A model generated the notes under the pieces. The model searched no databases and was not told the origin of the DNA. It saw only the letters and a program-made list of their open reading frames with translations. Made by a program: the position numbers and the translations under genes. A DNA stretch of 64,000 nucleotides from Promethearchaeota archaeon (GTDB lineage Archaea > Asgardarchaeota > Lokiarchaeia > Sigyniarchaeales > SOKP01). This document shows, in pieces, positions 1 through 10,777 of this stretch (position 1 is its first letter; every line of letters starts with the position of its first letter). The DNA is taken from the NCBI GenBank assembly GCA_019057865.1, contig JAHLWP010000003.1, forward strand, positions 64,001 through 128,000, written 5' to 3'.

Positions 1-86
1 TACATTTCCAATTTCTACAATATTTTGCTCTTTTTCAAAATTTAACATAGTTTTCACTCAATTTCTCTATAATTTAATTTAAATAT

Positions 87-800
87 TTAAGATTTCTTTT
101 TAGATTTTAATTCTAAATTATCTTTTGATTCAATAGGAATCCCCCTTAATTTTTTAACTTGTTGGTTAATAAGGGTTCCTGTATAAATTATTGATATAAT
201 AAATTCTGGAATCCATTTATGTAAGAGAAGAACAATAATTGCTGCAATAAAGGAACTTGCGGCACTAATAGAAACATGAATATCATCCCAGTCATATCCT
301 CTATAATAGAGATAAATTTGAATAAGCATTCTAATTATATTTACAACATAAAAGATTACTGATGAAACAATTAAAGCTTTAGCTTTTCTCCATATTATGT
401 CTTCGTTTGTAGCTGAATCATGACTATGGGGTGTAAAAATAATAATTCCTGCGAATACGCAAATAGCCTGAACTCCAGTACAAAAAGTCCCAAACCCTAT
501 AGGAGGTCTTTCTGGAACAATAAATTCCCAGTAATATTCCCCTACAGGTGTATACCCTGTGCTAGCACCCATATCAAAGAATAAATTCAAAAAGAGAACT
601 GTTTGTTTTACAACAATCTCATGCAACCAGAAGTTAAGCTCTGAATCAAAAAATAAATATATAAGATAAGCGGATACTGGTGCTCCAATAGCAAAAAGAA
701 TAATAGATCTTACGGAGAAAATATATTTTTTTCCCTCAAATTCTATAATTGGTCTTTTATTTTTTTTACTATTATCCTTCATCAGTCTTTCCTCCATCAT
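87..800 (-). CDS. Archaeosortase/exosortase family transpeptidase
   Basis: Multi-TM protein with FCTG (catalytic Cys), VNIIR (N..R) and DIH motifs typical of exosortases/archaeosortases. The real start may be the downstream Met (MKDNSKK). Confidence 0.85.
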   Translation of the reverse strand: MMEERLMKDNSKKNKRPIIEFEGKKYIFSVRSIILFAIGAPVSAYLIYLFFDSELNFWLHEIVVKQTVLFLNLFFDMGASTGYTPVGEYYWEFIVPERPPIGFGTFCTGVQAICVFAGIIIFTPHSHDSATNEDIIWRKAKALIVSSVIFYVVNIIRMLIQIYLYYRGYDWDDIHVSISAASSFIAAIIVLLLHKWIPEFIISIIYTGTLINQQVKKLRGIPIESKDNLELKSKKKS

Positions 801-1188
801 TAATATGTTTTAAATAAAAATTCAATCTGTCTGCGATTATAATGTTGAGTATTACTAATAATGGAATCATAACGATACCAAAATTGTATCTACTCTCTGA
901 TTTTAAGATTGGAATTGTCAATCCAATACTTAATGAAAACAGTAAATTAATTGCAAAGAATATCCAGATATAAATTCTTTTCTTGGGTATTAGTTTAATA
1001 TGTTCTCTTCTTAATATTTCCAATGTGAAATAACTAATAATTAGTAATATCAGAATAATTATATATCCAAAATAAAGAAAATTTATTACTATGTTTGAAG
1101 ATATCAATAGACCAATTAGAAAAGCTAGTATCAAATTAATTGAATTAACTAACCAGATTATTAACTTTTTTTTGATTAAGAGCTCCAT
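772..1188 (-). CDS. Hypothetical 4-TM membrane protein, probably co-transcribed with the archaeosortase
   Basis: Four hydrophobic segments; its 3' end abuts or overlaps the archaeosortase start. Confidence 0.65.
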   Translation of the reverse strand: MELLIKKKLIIWLVNSINLILAFLIGLLISSNIVINFLYFGYIIILILLIISYFTLEILRREHIKLIPKKRIYIWIFFAINLLFSLSIGLTIPILKSESRYNFGIVMIPLLVILNIIIADRLNFYLKHINDGGKTDEG

Positions 1189-1434
1189 AGTTATTATCCT
1201 TAGTGATTTAAAGATGAAAAAACAAATTCATCATAGATATTAAGGTTTTTTTAGAAGAGTTAAAGATTCTATTTATTTAATTCTATTTTTTATTAATTTT
1301 AGATAATGACATAAAATAACTGTTAGATGCCTTTTGTATAGATTTCGGACGATAAACTAAAATTAAATATAATGCTAAACTATTTCTTTAGTATAAAATA
1401 TAAAGAATGGAATTAATAATTTAGGAATCCATTA

Positions 1435-2040
1435 ATGATTCTTGAAGAAAACTCGGCAGAAGACATTCATAGCTTAACTTATACAATACAAAATATAGTT
1501 GTTAAATCCTCTCTAAAATCCTCATTAAATCCTAATTTGGAATTAGATCTAAAGAAATTATCAGAAAATTTAATTAATGCTGAATATAATTCTAATCGTT
1601 TTCCTGGACTTTTTTTAAGACTAAATAATCCTAAATGTGTTACTATTATTTTTAGGAATGGTAAACTAATTTTAACTGGTATAAAATCATTTGGAGATAT
1701 TGATTTATTAATTGATAGGGTTATTTTAGAAGTAACAAATACACTTCAAATTCATATAGAAAAAGAATTGATGAGCACAATGGTAGTAAACATAGTAATT
1801 ACAGCTGATTTTTTTAAAAAAATCAATCTCGATTTAGCTGCTATTAAACTTGAAAACTCTATATACGAACCCGAAGTATTTCCGGGACTTGTATATAATT
1901 GCACTAATCCTGTAAAGTCTTGTTTTTTAATTTTTAGTACAGGAAAAATAGTCTTTACTGGAATTCGTGAAAAAAATCTAATTGAGCCTGCCTTGATTTA
2001 TCTAGGAAAACTAATAAAAAGAAAGGATTTATTTTTATAA
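1435..2040 (+). CDS. tbp: TATA-box-binding protein (divergent paralog)
   Basis: Two TBP repeats: IQNIVV..LDL..AEYNSNRFPGL..IFRNGKLILTG and VVNIVI..YEPEVFPGL..LIFSTGKIVFTG. Confidence 0.93.
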   Translation: MILEENSAEDIHSLTYTIQNIVVKSSLKSSLNPNLELDLKKLSENLINAEYNSNRFPGLFLRLNNPKCVTIIFRNGKLILTGIKSFGDIDLLIDRVILEVTNTLQIHIEKELMSTMVVNIVITADFFKKINLDLAAIKLENSIYEPEVFPGLVYNCTNPVKSCFLIFSTGKIVFTGIREKNLIEPALIYLGKLIKRKDLFL

Positions 2041-2150
2041 TTCATATTTGTAAAATTAAAAAATAAAATTTTTTTTAAAGGCTATATTCTTATTTCTTAA
2101 AAAAAGATTGAAAACAATAGCAAATTAAAATAAAAGAGTAGAATTCTATT

Positions 2151-2900
2151 ATGTCAAAAAAAAATCACGAAAAACAAAATTCTGAAGAAAATGAAGATTT
2201 TAGTGAAGAAAAACCTGAAAAAAACAATTCGAATAAAGCAGTAGAGTCTGAAAAGCCAAAAGCTAAATTTACTTTCAAATGCACACAATGTGATACATGT
2301 TGTTTAGCAAGAGGCCCCATTCCAATAACAATCTGGGATTTAGAAATGTGGGCAAGAAATGGCGTAGTTGCTAATTTCTTACCGTATTTAGATGTATTTA
2401 ATAAACCAGATGGTGGCATTGACTTAATACTAAAACCATTAGCGCCCCCTCCAATAGAAGGAGAAAAAGAGGAAGAAGTCAAGAAAGACCCATTTGGAGC
2501 AGTTCCTATAGAAGAATTGCTAAATGTTAAATGTCCATTATATAATAAAGATGATAAAAAATGCTTAATCTATGAGAATCGACCATTGAGTTGTCGTACA
2601 TATCCATTAGAATTTGATGGAAAAAATTTTATAGTTGTGGATGCTGATTGTCCCGGTGTTGGTGTTGGTGAAGGAATGACGAAAGAAGATCTTATAAAAA
2701 TGAGAGAAACAGCAAAAACTATGCATTATGAACTTACGCATATGAGAATTGCTTTACCGGTATTAAACCAAATTATTTCTCAAAAGATAATGATGGATTT
2801 AATGCGACAGAATTTAGAAGCTATGAGCAAAATGAGCGATGAAGATCGCGCCAAATTAGATGACATATTTAAAAAAAATAAAGAACAAGAACAAATTTAA
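2151..2900 (+). CDS. YkgJ-family CxxCxxCC zinc/iron-chelating protein
   Basis: FKCTQCDTCC motif plus CPLY...CLIYENRPLSCRTYP. Confidence 0.85.
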   Translation: MSKKNHEKQNSEENEDFSEEKPEKNNSNKAVESEKPKAKFTFKCTQCDTCCLARGPIPITIWDLEMWARNGVVANFLPYLDVFNKPDGGIDLILKPLAPPPIEGEKEEEVKKDPFGAVPIEELLNVKCPLYNKDDKKCLIYENRPLSCRTYPLEFDGKNFIVVDADCPGVGVGEGMTKEDLIKMRETAKTMHYELTHMRIALPVLNQIISQKIMMDLMRQNLEAMSKMSDEDRAKLDDIFKKNKEQEQI

Positions 2901-2955
2901 GGTATTATATTTTACTATTTTTTTATTCTTGACATCAAAATATTTGGTTATTATT

Positions 2956-3480
2956 ATGAGAGAATTAAAAGTGGAAAATTCGCTAATTAAATTAATTCAA
3001 GGAGATATAACTGAAATGGAAACGGATGTTATTGTTAATGCTGCTAATGCTCAGCTCATCATGGGTGGTGGGGTAGCGTGGGCAATTAAAAGGATAGGAG
3101 GTCCTAAAATACAAGAAGAATGTAATAAAATAGGTGGTACTTTTCATGGAGGAGCTGTTATAACAACAGGAGGTAATTTAAAAGCTAAACATGTGATACA
3201 TGCTGTGGGTCCAAGAAAAGGGGAAAGAGAAAAAGAGAAAAAATTAAAAAGTGCAACAATAAATAGTTTAAAAATATTGGATAAACATAAATTGAAAACA
3301 ATAGCATTCCCTGCCATTTCTGCAGGGATTTTTGGGAATCCCATCTCTTGGGTTGCGAAAATCATGATTTCTGCTGTAAGGGAGTATTTAAAAGGTGACA
3401 CTCAAATTGAAGAAGTCGTTTTCTGTTTATATACTTCTGATGATTTTGAAGTATTTGAAAAAGAATTAATTATTCCTTAA
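2956..3480 (+). CDS. Macro domain protein (ADP-ribose binding/hydrolase)
   Basis: GDIT..DVIVNAAN..GGGVA, VIHAVGP and FPAISAGIFG motifs. Start moved to the in-frame ATG at 2956. Confidence 0.92.
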   Translation: MRELKVENSLIKLIQGDITEMETDVIVNAANAQLIMGGGVAWAIKRIGGPKIQEECNKIGGTFHGGAVITTGGNLKAKHVIHAVGPRKGEREKEKKLKSATINSLKILDKHKLKTIAFPAISAGIFGNPISWVAKIMISAVREYLKGDTQIEEVVFCLYTSDDFEVFEKELIIP

Positions 3481-3576
3481 AGTTAATAGAATACTTATTT
3501 TTTTTATGAAGGTTTAATTTATAATTAGAGGAATAAAAAAATTTTAATTTAAACAGCATCTCATAATTGACTTATA

Positions 3577-6489
3577 ATGAGTGAATATGTATACGTAAAG
3601 TTTTTTGAAGAAGTCCGGAACACAGATGTCCCTTTAGTAGGAGGGAAAAATGCTTCTTTAGGAGAACTTTTAAGTTTTGGAATCCCAGTGCCTTTAGGTT
3701 TTGCGGTAACAGCGAAAGCATATGACTATATATTCGATACAAATTATTTTACAATAAAAGATAAGGAGATTTCCTTAAGACAGTTAATATCAAGAGATAT
3801 TAGAAAGATTTCTAATGAGCTAAAAAGCGAAGATATTAAATCTATCGAAAAAGTCGATAAAATATGTGCTAATGTCCGTTATGTAATAGAGCAAGCTAAA
3901 ATTCCTGATAGTCTAGGAGATGAAATTTTAGATGCCTATCATAAGTTAATAAAGCTAATTGGAGATGAAACAACATTTGCAGTTAGAAGTTCAGCAACCG
4001 CAGAAGATTTACCAGATGCTTCATTCGCAGGACAACAAGATACTCATTTGAATATATCAGGAGAAAAAGAAATATTAGAATATATATTAAAGGATATGGC
4101 ATCAGTTTTCACTACAAGGGCAACCATGTATCGTGAAAGGGCAGGGTTTGATCATTTTGACGTCAAGTTAAGTGTAGGCGTTCAAGAAATGGCAGGAGGT
4201 TTAGGCGGTGTAAAGGCATCAGGGGTGATGTTTACTGAGGATCCAGATTCCGGTAATCCAAATGTCGTTGTTATAAGAGGAACTTGGGGTCTTGGTGAAT
4301 TAATAGTACAAGGAGTAGAAAAAGGTGATGAATTCATTGTTTTTAAGCATGATCCAAAAAAACTCAGAATTATTCGTCGTGAGCTGGTGAAAAAAGAAAA
4401 AATGATGGTCTTCACGAAAGAAACTGGAAAGATTGGGACTGAAATAATATCCGTACCAGAAGAAAAACGGATGCAATATTGTTTAACAGACGTAGAAGTT
4501 TTACAATTAGCAGAATACGCCCAAAAAATAAGAAATCATTATGAAAGAAGGATGGATATAGAATGGGCTGTTGGAAATAATGGTAAAGTATACGTGGTGC
4601 AAGCTCGTCCTGAAACAGTTCATAGTATCAAAGGAGATGTTGAGGAAATCTTTTATCTTCTTGAGAATCCTGAAAAATTGACTAATGAAGAATTATTAAT
4701 CGAGAATACAGGTGTCGCTATTGGAAGAAGAATAGGATATGGAAAAGTTAAAGTAATAGAATCCATTAATGATGCGCATTTTTTAAGAGATGGGGACACT
4801 CTAATAACTGAGGAGACTAATCCAGACTGGACATCTTATATGCAAAATTTAGGTGGTGTAATCACTGAAAGAGGAGGGCCTACTTGTCATGCTGCTATAG
4901 TTTCAAGAGAATTAAATATAGCGTCTATCGTAGGAGCTGATAATATAGTAGAAACAATGAAAGAAAAACAACGTGAAGGTATTGAATATATCACTATTGA
5001 TTGCAGCCAAGGGGAGCCAAGAATCTGGCTAAAAGATGTAGAATATGATTTTGACACAATCGAATTTGCTAAACTCCCTCAAACAAAAACTAAAGTATTA
5101 GTAAATTTGGGAATACCAAAAGGGGCATTATCTTCTGGAAAATATCCCGATGGAACAGGTTTAGCAAGATTAGAATTTATTATTAACGATGAGATTCAAA
5201 TTCACCCAAATGCTTTACTAGATTTTGAAGCTTTAGTCATGAGATATGATATTTTACTAGAACAAAGAAAAAGAATTGAGAATATTAAAAAAAGTGATTT
5301 ATATCATAAAGACCCTTTTAGTCAAGAAATCTTGAAATTAAGAAAAACACTTGACAATATCAGAGAATTAACAGTTGGATATGACAATAAAGAAGAATTT
5401 TATATAGAAAAATTGGCAGAAGGAATTGCTACGATTGCTGCTGGAGTTTGGAAAGAATTACCTGATGGAGATATTGCTGAATGTGTTGTAAGACTTTCAG
5501 ATTTCAAGACTAATGAATATGCGAATCTAATAGGTGGTTGGATTTACGAAGGTGAAGAGAATAATCCAATGCTAGGATTTCGAGGGTGTTCTCGCTATGT
5601 TCATGATGAATTTCAAAATGCATTTATTTTAGAATTAAGAGCGATAAAAAAAGCCAGAGAATGGGGTCTAAAAAATATAATAGCTATGCTTCCATTTTGT
5701 AGAAGCCCAGAAGAAGCTCAAAAAATAATGGATATTATGAAGAGTGAGGGATTAATAAGAGGTCAAGATGGATTAAAAGTATATGTTATGGCTGAAATCC
5801 CATCAAATATTATCTGTGCGGATATATTTAGTCAATATTTTGATGGGTTTAGTATAGGTTCTAATGATCTGACCCAACTTACGTATGGAGTGGGACGAGA
5901 CAACGAAAAAATGATCCCCTTAATGAATTATTATAAGTATAATACAAATAGTGAAGCAATTAAGAGATCAGTGAGCCATTTAATTAAAATTGCTCATGAA
6001 TTTAATAGAAAAGTAGGTATTTGTGGACAAGCCCCAAGTGACGACCCAGATTTTCTTAGATTTCTAGTTCGTGAAGGAATTGATTCTATTTCATTAAATT
6101 TTGATACTTATGCGAGAGGTAGGATAAATACATGGAGAACAGAAATTATCGAAGCAAAACTTGATGAGGAGGAGAGAGCAATGTCTTATGAATTCTTAAG
6201 TGAATGTGATAAATTAATAGAAACAATTAGGATACCTAGGGGTAAACTTCGAAATATGGTAAGAAAACAAAGAAAGGAAGTAATTCCTAGATTAATGGAA
6301 ACTACTGAACGGTTTAATAATATCTTTGATGAAATACAAAAAATTTCTTATGATTTTGTAAAAGAGATTGATAAAGGTAAATTTATTAGTTTCAACGAGT
6401 TATTCAATAAATATCATAGTCAGATCACTGAACATGTAAATGAACTTCCAAATTTACAGCGAAAAATTCGTGAATTTGGTATTTATTAG
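3577..6489 (+). CDS. ppsA: Phosphoenolpyruvate synthase (pyruvate, water dikinase)
   Basis: VGGKNASLGE, AVRSSATAEDLPDASFAGQQDT, DIEWA, QARPET, TCHAAIVSRE (phospho-His), FSIGSNDLTQ and GICGQAPSD. Confidence 0.95.
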   Translation: MSEYVYVKFFEEVRNTDVPLVGGKNASLGELLSFGIPVPLGFAVTAKAYDYIFDTNYFTIKDKEISLRQLISRDIRKISNELKSEDIKSIEKVDKICANVRYVIEQAKIPDSLGDEILDAYHKLIKLIGDETTFAVRSSATAEDLPDASFAGQQDTHLNISGEKEILEYILKDMASVFTTRATMYRERAGFDHFDVKLSVGVQEMAGGLGGVKASGVMFTEDPDSGNPNVVVIRGTWGLGELIVQGVEKGDEFIVFKHDPKKLRIIRRELVKKEKMMVFTKETGKIGTEIISVPEEKRMQYCLTDVEVLQLAEYAQKIRNHYERRMDIEWAVGNNGKVYVVQARPETVHSIKGDVEEIFYLLENPEKLTNEELLIENTGVAIGRRIGYGKVKVIESINDAHFLRDGDTLITEETNPDWTSYMQNLGGVITERGGPTCHAAIVSRELNIASIVGADNIVETMKEKQREGIEYITIDCSQGEPRIWLKDVEYDFDTIEFAKLPQTKTKVLVNLGIPKGALSSGKYPDGTGLARLEFIINDEIQIHPNALLDFEALVMRYDILLEQRKRIENIKKSDLYHKDPFSQEILKLRKTLDNIRELTVGYDNKEEFYIEKLAEGIATIAAGVWKELPDGDIAECVVRLSDFKTNEYANLIGGWIYEGEENNPMLGFRGCSRYVHDEFQNAFILELRAIKKAREWGLKNIIAMLPFCRSPEEAQKIMDIMKSEGLIRGQDGLKVYVMAEIPSNIICADIFSQYFDGFSIGSNDLTQLTYGVGRDNEKMIPLMNYYKYNTNSEAIKRSVSHLIKIAHEFNRKVGICGQAPSDDPDFLRFLVREGIDSISLNFDTYARGRINTWRTEIIEAKLDEEERAMSYEFLSECDKLIETIRIPRGKLRNMVRKQRKEVIPRLMETTERFNNIFDEIQKISYDFVKEIDKGKFISFNELFNKYHSQITEHVNELPNLQRKIREFGIY

Positions 6490-6621
6490 AGTTTTTCTTT
6501 ATCATTTCATTAAGACTTATTTTATAAGTCTATAAAAAATCAAAAAAATTATATTTTAAGAAATATTTCAGAATTAAAACCCATTATTCACTATAATCGT
6601 TATTTTGGGTGATTTTGTTCT

Positions 6622-6903
6622 ATGACAAGGGTAGAAGAATTTAGCAAGGAAGTTAAGGAAGCTTTTGAGAATGTGGACCAGTTATTACAAGGAATGATTA
6701 ATGATCGTTCTGTTCCTAGAAATATAAAAAGAATCTCTCAAAGATGCATTAATGAGTTAAAGAGAGAAGATGAAACTGCTGGCGTTCTTTCGAGCAATAT
6801 AATGTATATGGTTGGTGATCTCTCGCAAGATCCGAACATTCCCTTTCACAGTCGTACAACGATCTACAGAATCCTATCAATTTTAGAAAAGATTAAAGAT
6901 TAG
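6622..6903 (+). CDS. UPF0147 family archaeal protein
   Basis: DRSVPRNIKR and DPNIPFHSRT motifs; GGTGA SD upstream. Confidence 0.85.
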   Translation: MTRVEEFSKEVKEAFENVDQLLQGMINDRSVPRNIKRISQRCINELKREDETAGVLSSNIMYMVGDLSQDPNIPFHSRTTIYRILSILEKIKD

Positions 6904-7094
6904 TTAAAATTCGTTTTACCTTAAAATACTCTTAAATTTGTGTTTTTTATTTAATTTTTTTTAAAATAAATTTTTCTTGTTGAGAAAGATATTTATTAAA
7001 AACTTTAAATAGAAAAGAATTCAAATATCAAATATAGACTTTAATATATAAAAGATCAATCCATTTTCATAATAATAAGACAGGAGGAGCCTCT

Positions 7095-7724
7095 GTGTCA
7101 AAAATTTGCTCAAAATGTAGATTTAATAATAAGTTTGAAGCTAAATTTTGTGAAAATTGTGGCAGTTCATTATCAGAAGATATATTCGAAATAAAGGAAA
7201 CATTACAAAAAGCAATTATATTTTCTATTTTATGTGTCTCCTGTTTTATTTTCATAATGGTAGTAGCAAACATAGGTATATTCTTAGAAGTAGGAGTACC
7301 TCAAGGGTTTATTGGAATGGTTATTATTTGGCCTATAACGATTTTCCTAATTCTATGGATCATTTATTATCTACGGGGAGGTACTAAAGTAAGAAGATTT
7401 GTAATTTCAAATGATTATATTTTAATCCAAATCCCTGATAGAACAATTTTTCAAATATCTTGGTCAGATTTTAAAACCATTAAAATTGTGAGAAGGGCAA
7501 CATGGGATCTTGTATCTAATACACAAACGAGATATTATAATTTTAATTTTAAAGGAGATACCCATCATAAATCATTTGAAATTGAAGCTGGAAGAGAATT
7601 CTCAGGAAAAGCATTAAAAAAAATAAGAGCTAAATTAGAAGAATTAGCTAATAATAAAGGCATAGAATTTATTTATTTTAAAAAAAAGCCTAAAAAAAGT
7701 AAGGATTTAGAAAATGTAATGTGA
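7095..7724 (+). CDS. Zinc-ribbon + 2-TM + beta-rich C-terminal domain protein
   Basis: CSKC...FCENCG ribbon and two TM helices; AGGAGG SD before a GTG start. Confidence 0.75.
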   Translation: MSKICSKCRFNNKFEAKFCENCGSSLSEDIFEIKETLQKAIIFSILCVSCFIFIMVVANIGIFLEVGVPQGFIGMVIIWPITIFLILWIIYYLRGGTKVRRFVISNDYILIQIPDRTIFQISWSDFKTIKIVRRATWDLVSNTQTRYYNFNFKGDTHHKSFEIEAGREFSGKALKKIRAKLEELANNKGIEFIYFKKKPKKSKDLENVM

Positions 7725-7829
7725 TAAAAACATTCAAACACTATCTATCTTATTTTAATAATTTAACCCTTTAAATCGTTAGACTTCTATATACATATCC
7801 TTTCCGCCTCTTCTAAGATAATCCATTGC

Positions 7830-7859
7830 TATATGTAGATATACATATATCTACATATA
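7830..7859. promoter_or_regulatory. Perfect 14-bp inverted repeat (candidate operator)
   Basis: TATATGTAGATATA-ca-TATATCTACATATA, about 135 nt upstream of the 7-TM gene at 7994. Confidence 0.4.
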
Positions 7860-7993
7860 ATTCATTTAATAGGAAGAATAACATTTCATTAATATGAATA
7901 AATTAGAAAAAGTTAAATATTCGTATTAAGAATAATAAAGTGATTTATTGAGTTAAAATCAAATATTAATATTCTTGTTGGTGAAATTTCATA

Positions 7994-8698
7994 ATGGTTT
8001 CTCCAGATGGTTGGATTGATGGTATTACTGCCTCAGGTGTGGTAATTTTTGGTATAATCTTTGGTTTATTCTTTTTTTATGTATCAAGAAAAAGGAAAGC
8101 AAAACTTCTTTTATTTTTAGGTTTAGCTAATTTACTTGCAGGTCTAATGTTTTTAGGAGTGTTTTTAGATTTTTTACTGGTTGTAATAACAGAAAATAAT
8201 ATAGATAATTCGAATGGATTGGTTGGAATTCTTAGTTATATATGGTTTGCTCCCACCGTTATTACTGCGATGTATATTGGTACTGAACTCCTTACGCCAA
8301 AGATGAAATGGTATATAATATCTATAATTGCAATTATTAGTATTATTTTTGAAATTGTTATTTTCATGGATCCCTTAAACGCTTTTTATTTTGACGAACC
8401 GACGACGATCCCACCCGAAAGATTAATTGATTATAATGTTAATTTAGATACTATGGCAGGAATGTTAGTAGGGAGCCTATTACTATCTGTATTAATTTTT
8501 CTTGGAATCGGATTTTTATACAAGGCTTTTCAATCTACAGGTGAAATAAAAAGAAAGTTCTATTTCTTATCACTAGGTTCATTATGTTTTTGCATATTTG
8601 GACTTTTAGAAGGTTTAACTGCTCCAGGTTTTATGGTGATTATCGTAAGAATTGGCTACTTGAGTAGTTTTTGGTTTATGTACGTGGGATTAAGATAA
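7994..8698 (+). CDS. Stand-alone 7-TM membrane sensor-like protein (paralog of the 7TM-RING proteins)
   Basis: Seven hydrophobic segments. Shared motifs with the paralogs at 12633, 13876 and 19010: G.L...WF.P, YIG.EL, E/D..LF.DP, LID, KSTG..RKK, VR.G. Ends at GLR, where the paralogs continue. Confidence 0.8.
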   Translation: MVSPDGWIDGITASGVVIFGIIFGLFFFYVSRKRKAKLLLFLGLANLLAGLMFLGVFLDFLLVVITENNIDNSNGLVGILSYIWFAPTVITAMYIGTELLTPKMKWYIISIIAIISIIFEIVIFMDPLNAFYFDEPTTIPPERLIDYNVNLDTMAGMLVGSLLLSVLIFLGIGFLYKAFQSTGEIKRKFYFLSLGSLCFCIFGLLEGLTAPGFMVIIVRIGYLSSFWFMYVGLR

Positions 8699-8799
8699 GA
8701 ATAGCCAAAAATTCAATCTTTTTTTTTTATATAAAGATTTGCTTCGATTCATAAGGCAATAAAATAATTAAACAAGACTTATGATTAGAAATTAAAATA

Positions 8800-9429
8800 T
8801 TACTTTATTCTTAATAGGAGATATTGGAACATACATCCTGCTCTGTTTCTTGCTAAAACTTTTAAGCCATAAGATTTTATTAATCTCTCAAAATCATCTA
8901 AATTATATTTAAATATCCATGCCATATTTTGAGTTTTATTATCATAAGGATTAGGAATATCGACCATGCATTTTCCGGTTGGTTTAAGTACTCTTATAAT
9001 TTCATCGAATACTTGTTTTACATATTCTAATGGGTAATATTCGAACATCCCTATACACGTTACCCAATCAAAGAATTGATCAGGGTAAGGTAATTGATCT
9101 GCCACACAGACTCGAATATCTTTAATATTAAATTCTAAATTATTTTGGTTAATTTTCTGCTTCAATTGTTCAAGCATTTTTGGAGATTGATCAATTCCAT
9201 AACAGAAGCTTCCTAATTTTGCCATTTCAATTAAGAATGTCCCTGTGCCTGTGGCAATATCTAAAACAACTTCATTAGGTTGTACGTGAACTAATTTTTT
9301 AAAGCCGTTATATTCGTTTAATGCATCTTCACTGCTCCACCATTCTTTATCATAGTTATTAGCATGAGTATCATTATATTGCTTACGAAATTTCTTGATC
9401 TCCTCAATCTTCTTTTCTTTCTCTTTCAT
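8800..9429 (-). CDS. Class I SAM-dependent methyltransferase
   Basis: VLDIATGTG, GIDQS, LPYPDQFFD and RVLKPTG motifs. Confidence 0.9.
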   Translation of the reverse strand: MKEKEKKIEEIKKFRKQYNDTHANNYDKEWWSSEDALNEYNGFKKLVHVQPNEVVLDIATGTGTFLIEMAKLGSFCYGIDQSPKMLEQLKQKINQNNLEFNIKDIRVCVADQLPYPDQFFDWVTCIGMFEYYPLEYVKQVFDEIIRVLKPTGKCMVDIPNPYDNKTQNMAWIFKYNLDDFERLIKSYGLKVLARNRAGCMFQYLLLRIK

Positions 9430-9688
9430 TTTAAGATTTTTAAGATATTTAAGATATTTATTTAAAATGATCTACTTATTAAATCATATATCTTATAATT
9501 AAACAACTAGTTTGAATAGTTTTTAATTTATATCTTTAGGATTTAATACCTACTTTTTTCAATAATATTACTAAATATTTGGATCAATAAAAAATAAAAA
9601 AGCGAAAATACAAAATATTATTGAATAAGGATTTTTTTTTTTATTAAAGCATCCTTTTATAAATAGCTGTAAATGGAGGAAATCTAAG

Positions 9689-10738
9689 ATGGAAGAAGAT
9701 ATCATAACCTCGGTTTTATATATTGAGCTTAATGATGAACTTGGACCAAACCCAATTGTTTGTCTTCCTTCTGATTTCTCTCTTGAAAATCAAATGCATA
9801 TAAGTATAAAAGTTATTACAATTCTTTCTGGTGAACATGGTCTGGTTCCAGAATCTCTCGTAATCCTTCCATTTCCTTCACTAAATTTAAAGGGATTGAT
9901 TAAATATATAATTTGGGATGATGAATCTCGTAGAGGTGATATTGGTCAATCTGCTATTACTGTACTTTTTAAAAATGTTGATGACGTTATATTTTATCAA
10001 TATAAGAATAATCTTGAGTTAATTTTTAATGAAATTGCAGCAAAAATCATTAAGTTAGAAAAATCAAAAGCAGATAAGAAATATATTACGAACGAGATAA
10101 AAACACTTGAAAGAGTTATATTAAATGCATTATATGAGTTGAAAGTTAAAGAAACTTCTACTCCAGATATGGAAGCTTTTCCTGAAATATCAAGAAAAAG
10201 TTTTGATTTTATAGATTATAAATTTAAGATAAGCATTTGTGGAGATCCTGGTGTTGGTAAAACTTCTTTAATTTTAAGATTTACTAAAAAAGCGTTTAGA
10301 AGAAAGTACATTCCAACATTAGGAGTCGTGGTTTCAGATCGAGCTTTTAAGATCGACGATTCTGTTGTTCAATTGGTAATTTGGGATATCGCGGGACAAG
10401 TAAAGTTCGAAACCATGAGACGACAGTTTTATCTCGGAACAGATGGGGTTTTCTTAGTATTTGACTTAACTAGCTCTAAATCTTTCGATAGCATTCTAAG
10501 ATGGTATCAAGATATTGAAAACCAATTGAAAAAGACAAGAGAAATTATAGGATTTATAATAGGTAATAAAAATGATTTAATCAATGAAAAAATTGTTGGA
10601 TTTGAACAAGCAAATAAGTTAGCAAATGATCTGAATCTTAACTTTATAGAAACTTCAGCTTTAACAGGAGAAAATGTTGAACAAGCTTTTTATGACATTG
10701 CCAAAACTTTATATGAATCATTAAAGAATGATTTATAA
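9689..10738 (+). CDS. uDENN/longin-like domain fused to Rab-like small GTPase
   Basis: N-terminal ELNDELGPNP motif. C-terminal G1 GDPGVGKT, G2 YIPTLG, G3 WDIAGQ, G4 NKND, G5 TSAL. Confidence 0.85.
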   Translation: MEEDIITSVLYIELNDELGPNPIVCLPSDFSLENQMHISIKVITILSGEHGLVPESLVILPFPSLNLKGLIKYIIWDDESRRGDIGQSAITVLFKNVDDVIFYQYKNNLELIFNEIAAKIIKLEKSKADKKYITNEIKTLERVILNALYELKVKETSTPDMEAFPEISRKSFDFIDYKFKISICGDPGVGKTSLILRFTKKAFRRKYIPTLGVVVSDRAFKIDDSVVQLVIWDIAGQVKFETMRRQFYLGTDGVFLVFDLTSSKSFDSILRWYQDIENQLKKTREIIGFIIGNKNDLINEKIVGFEQANKLANDLNLNFIETSALTGENVEQAFYDIAKTLYESLKNDL

Positions 10739-10777
10739 TAAAAATCCATTCAAAAATTTGATTTCTTTTAAGTTATA

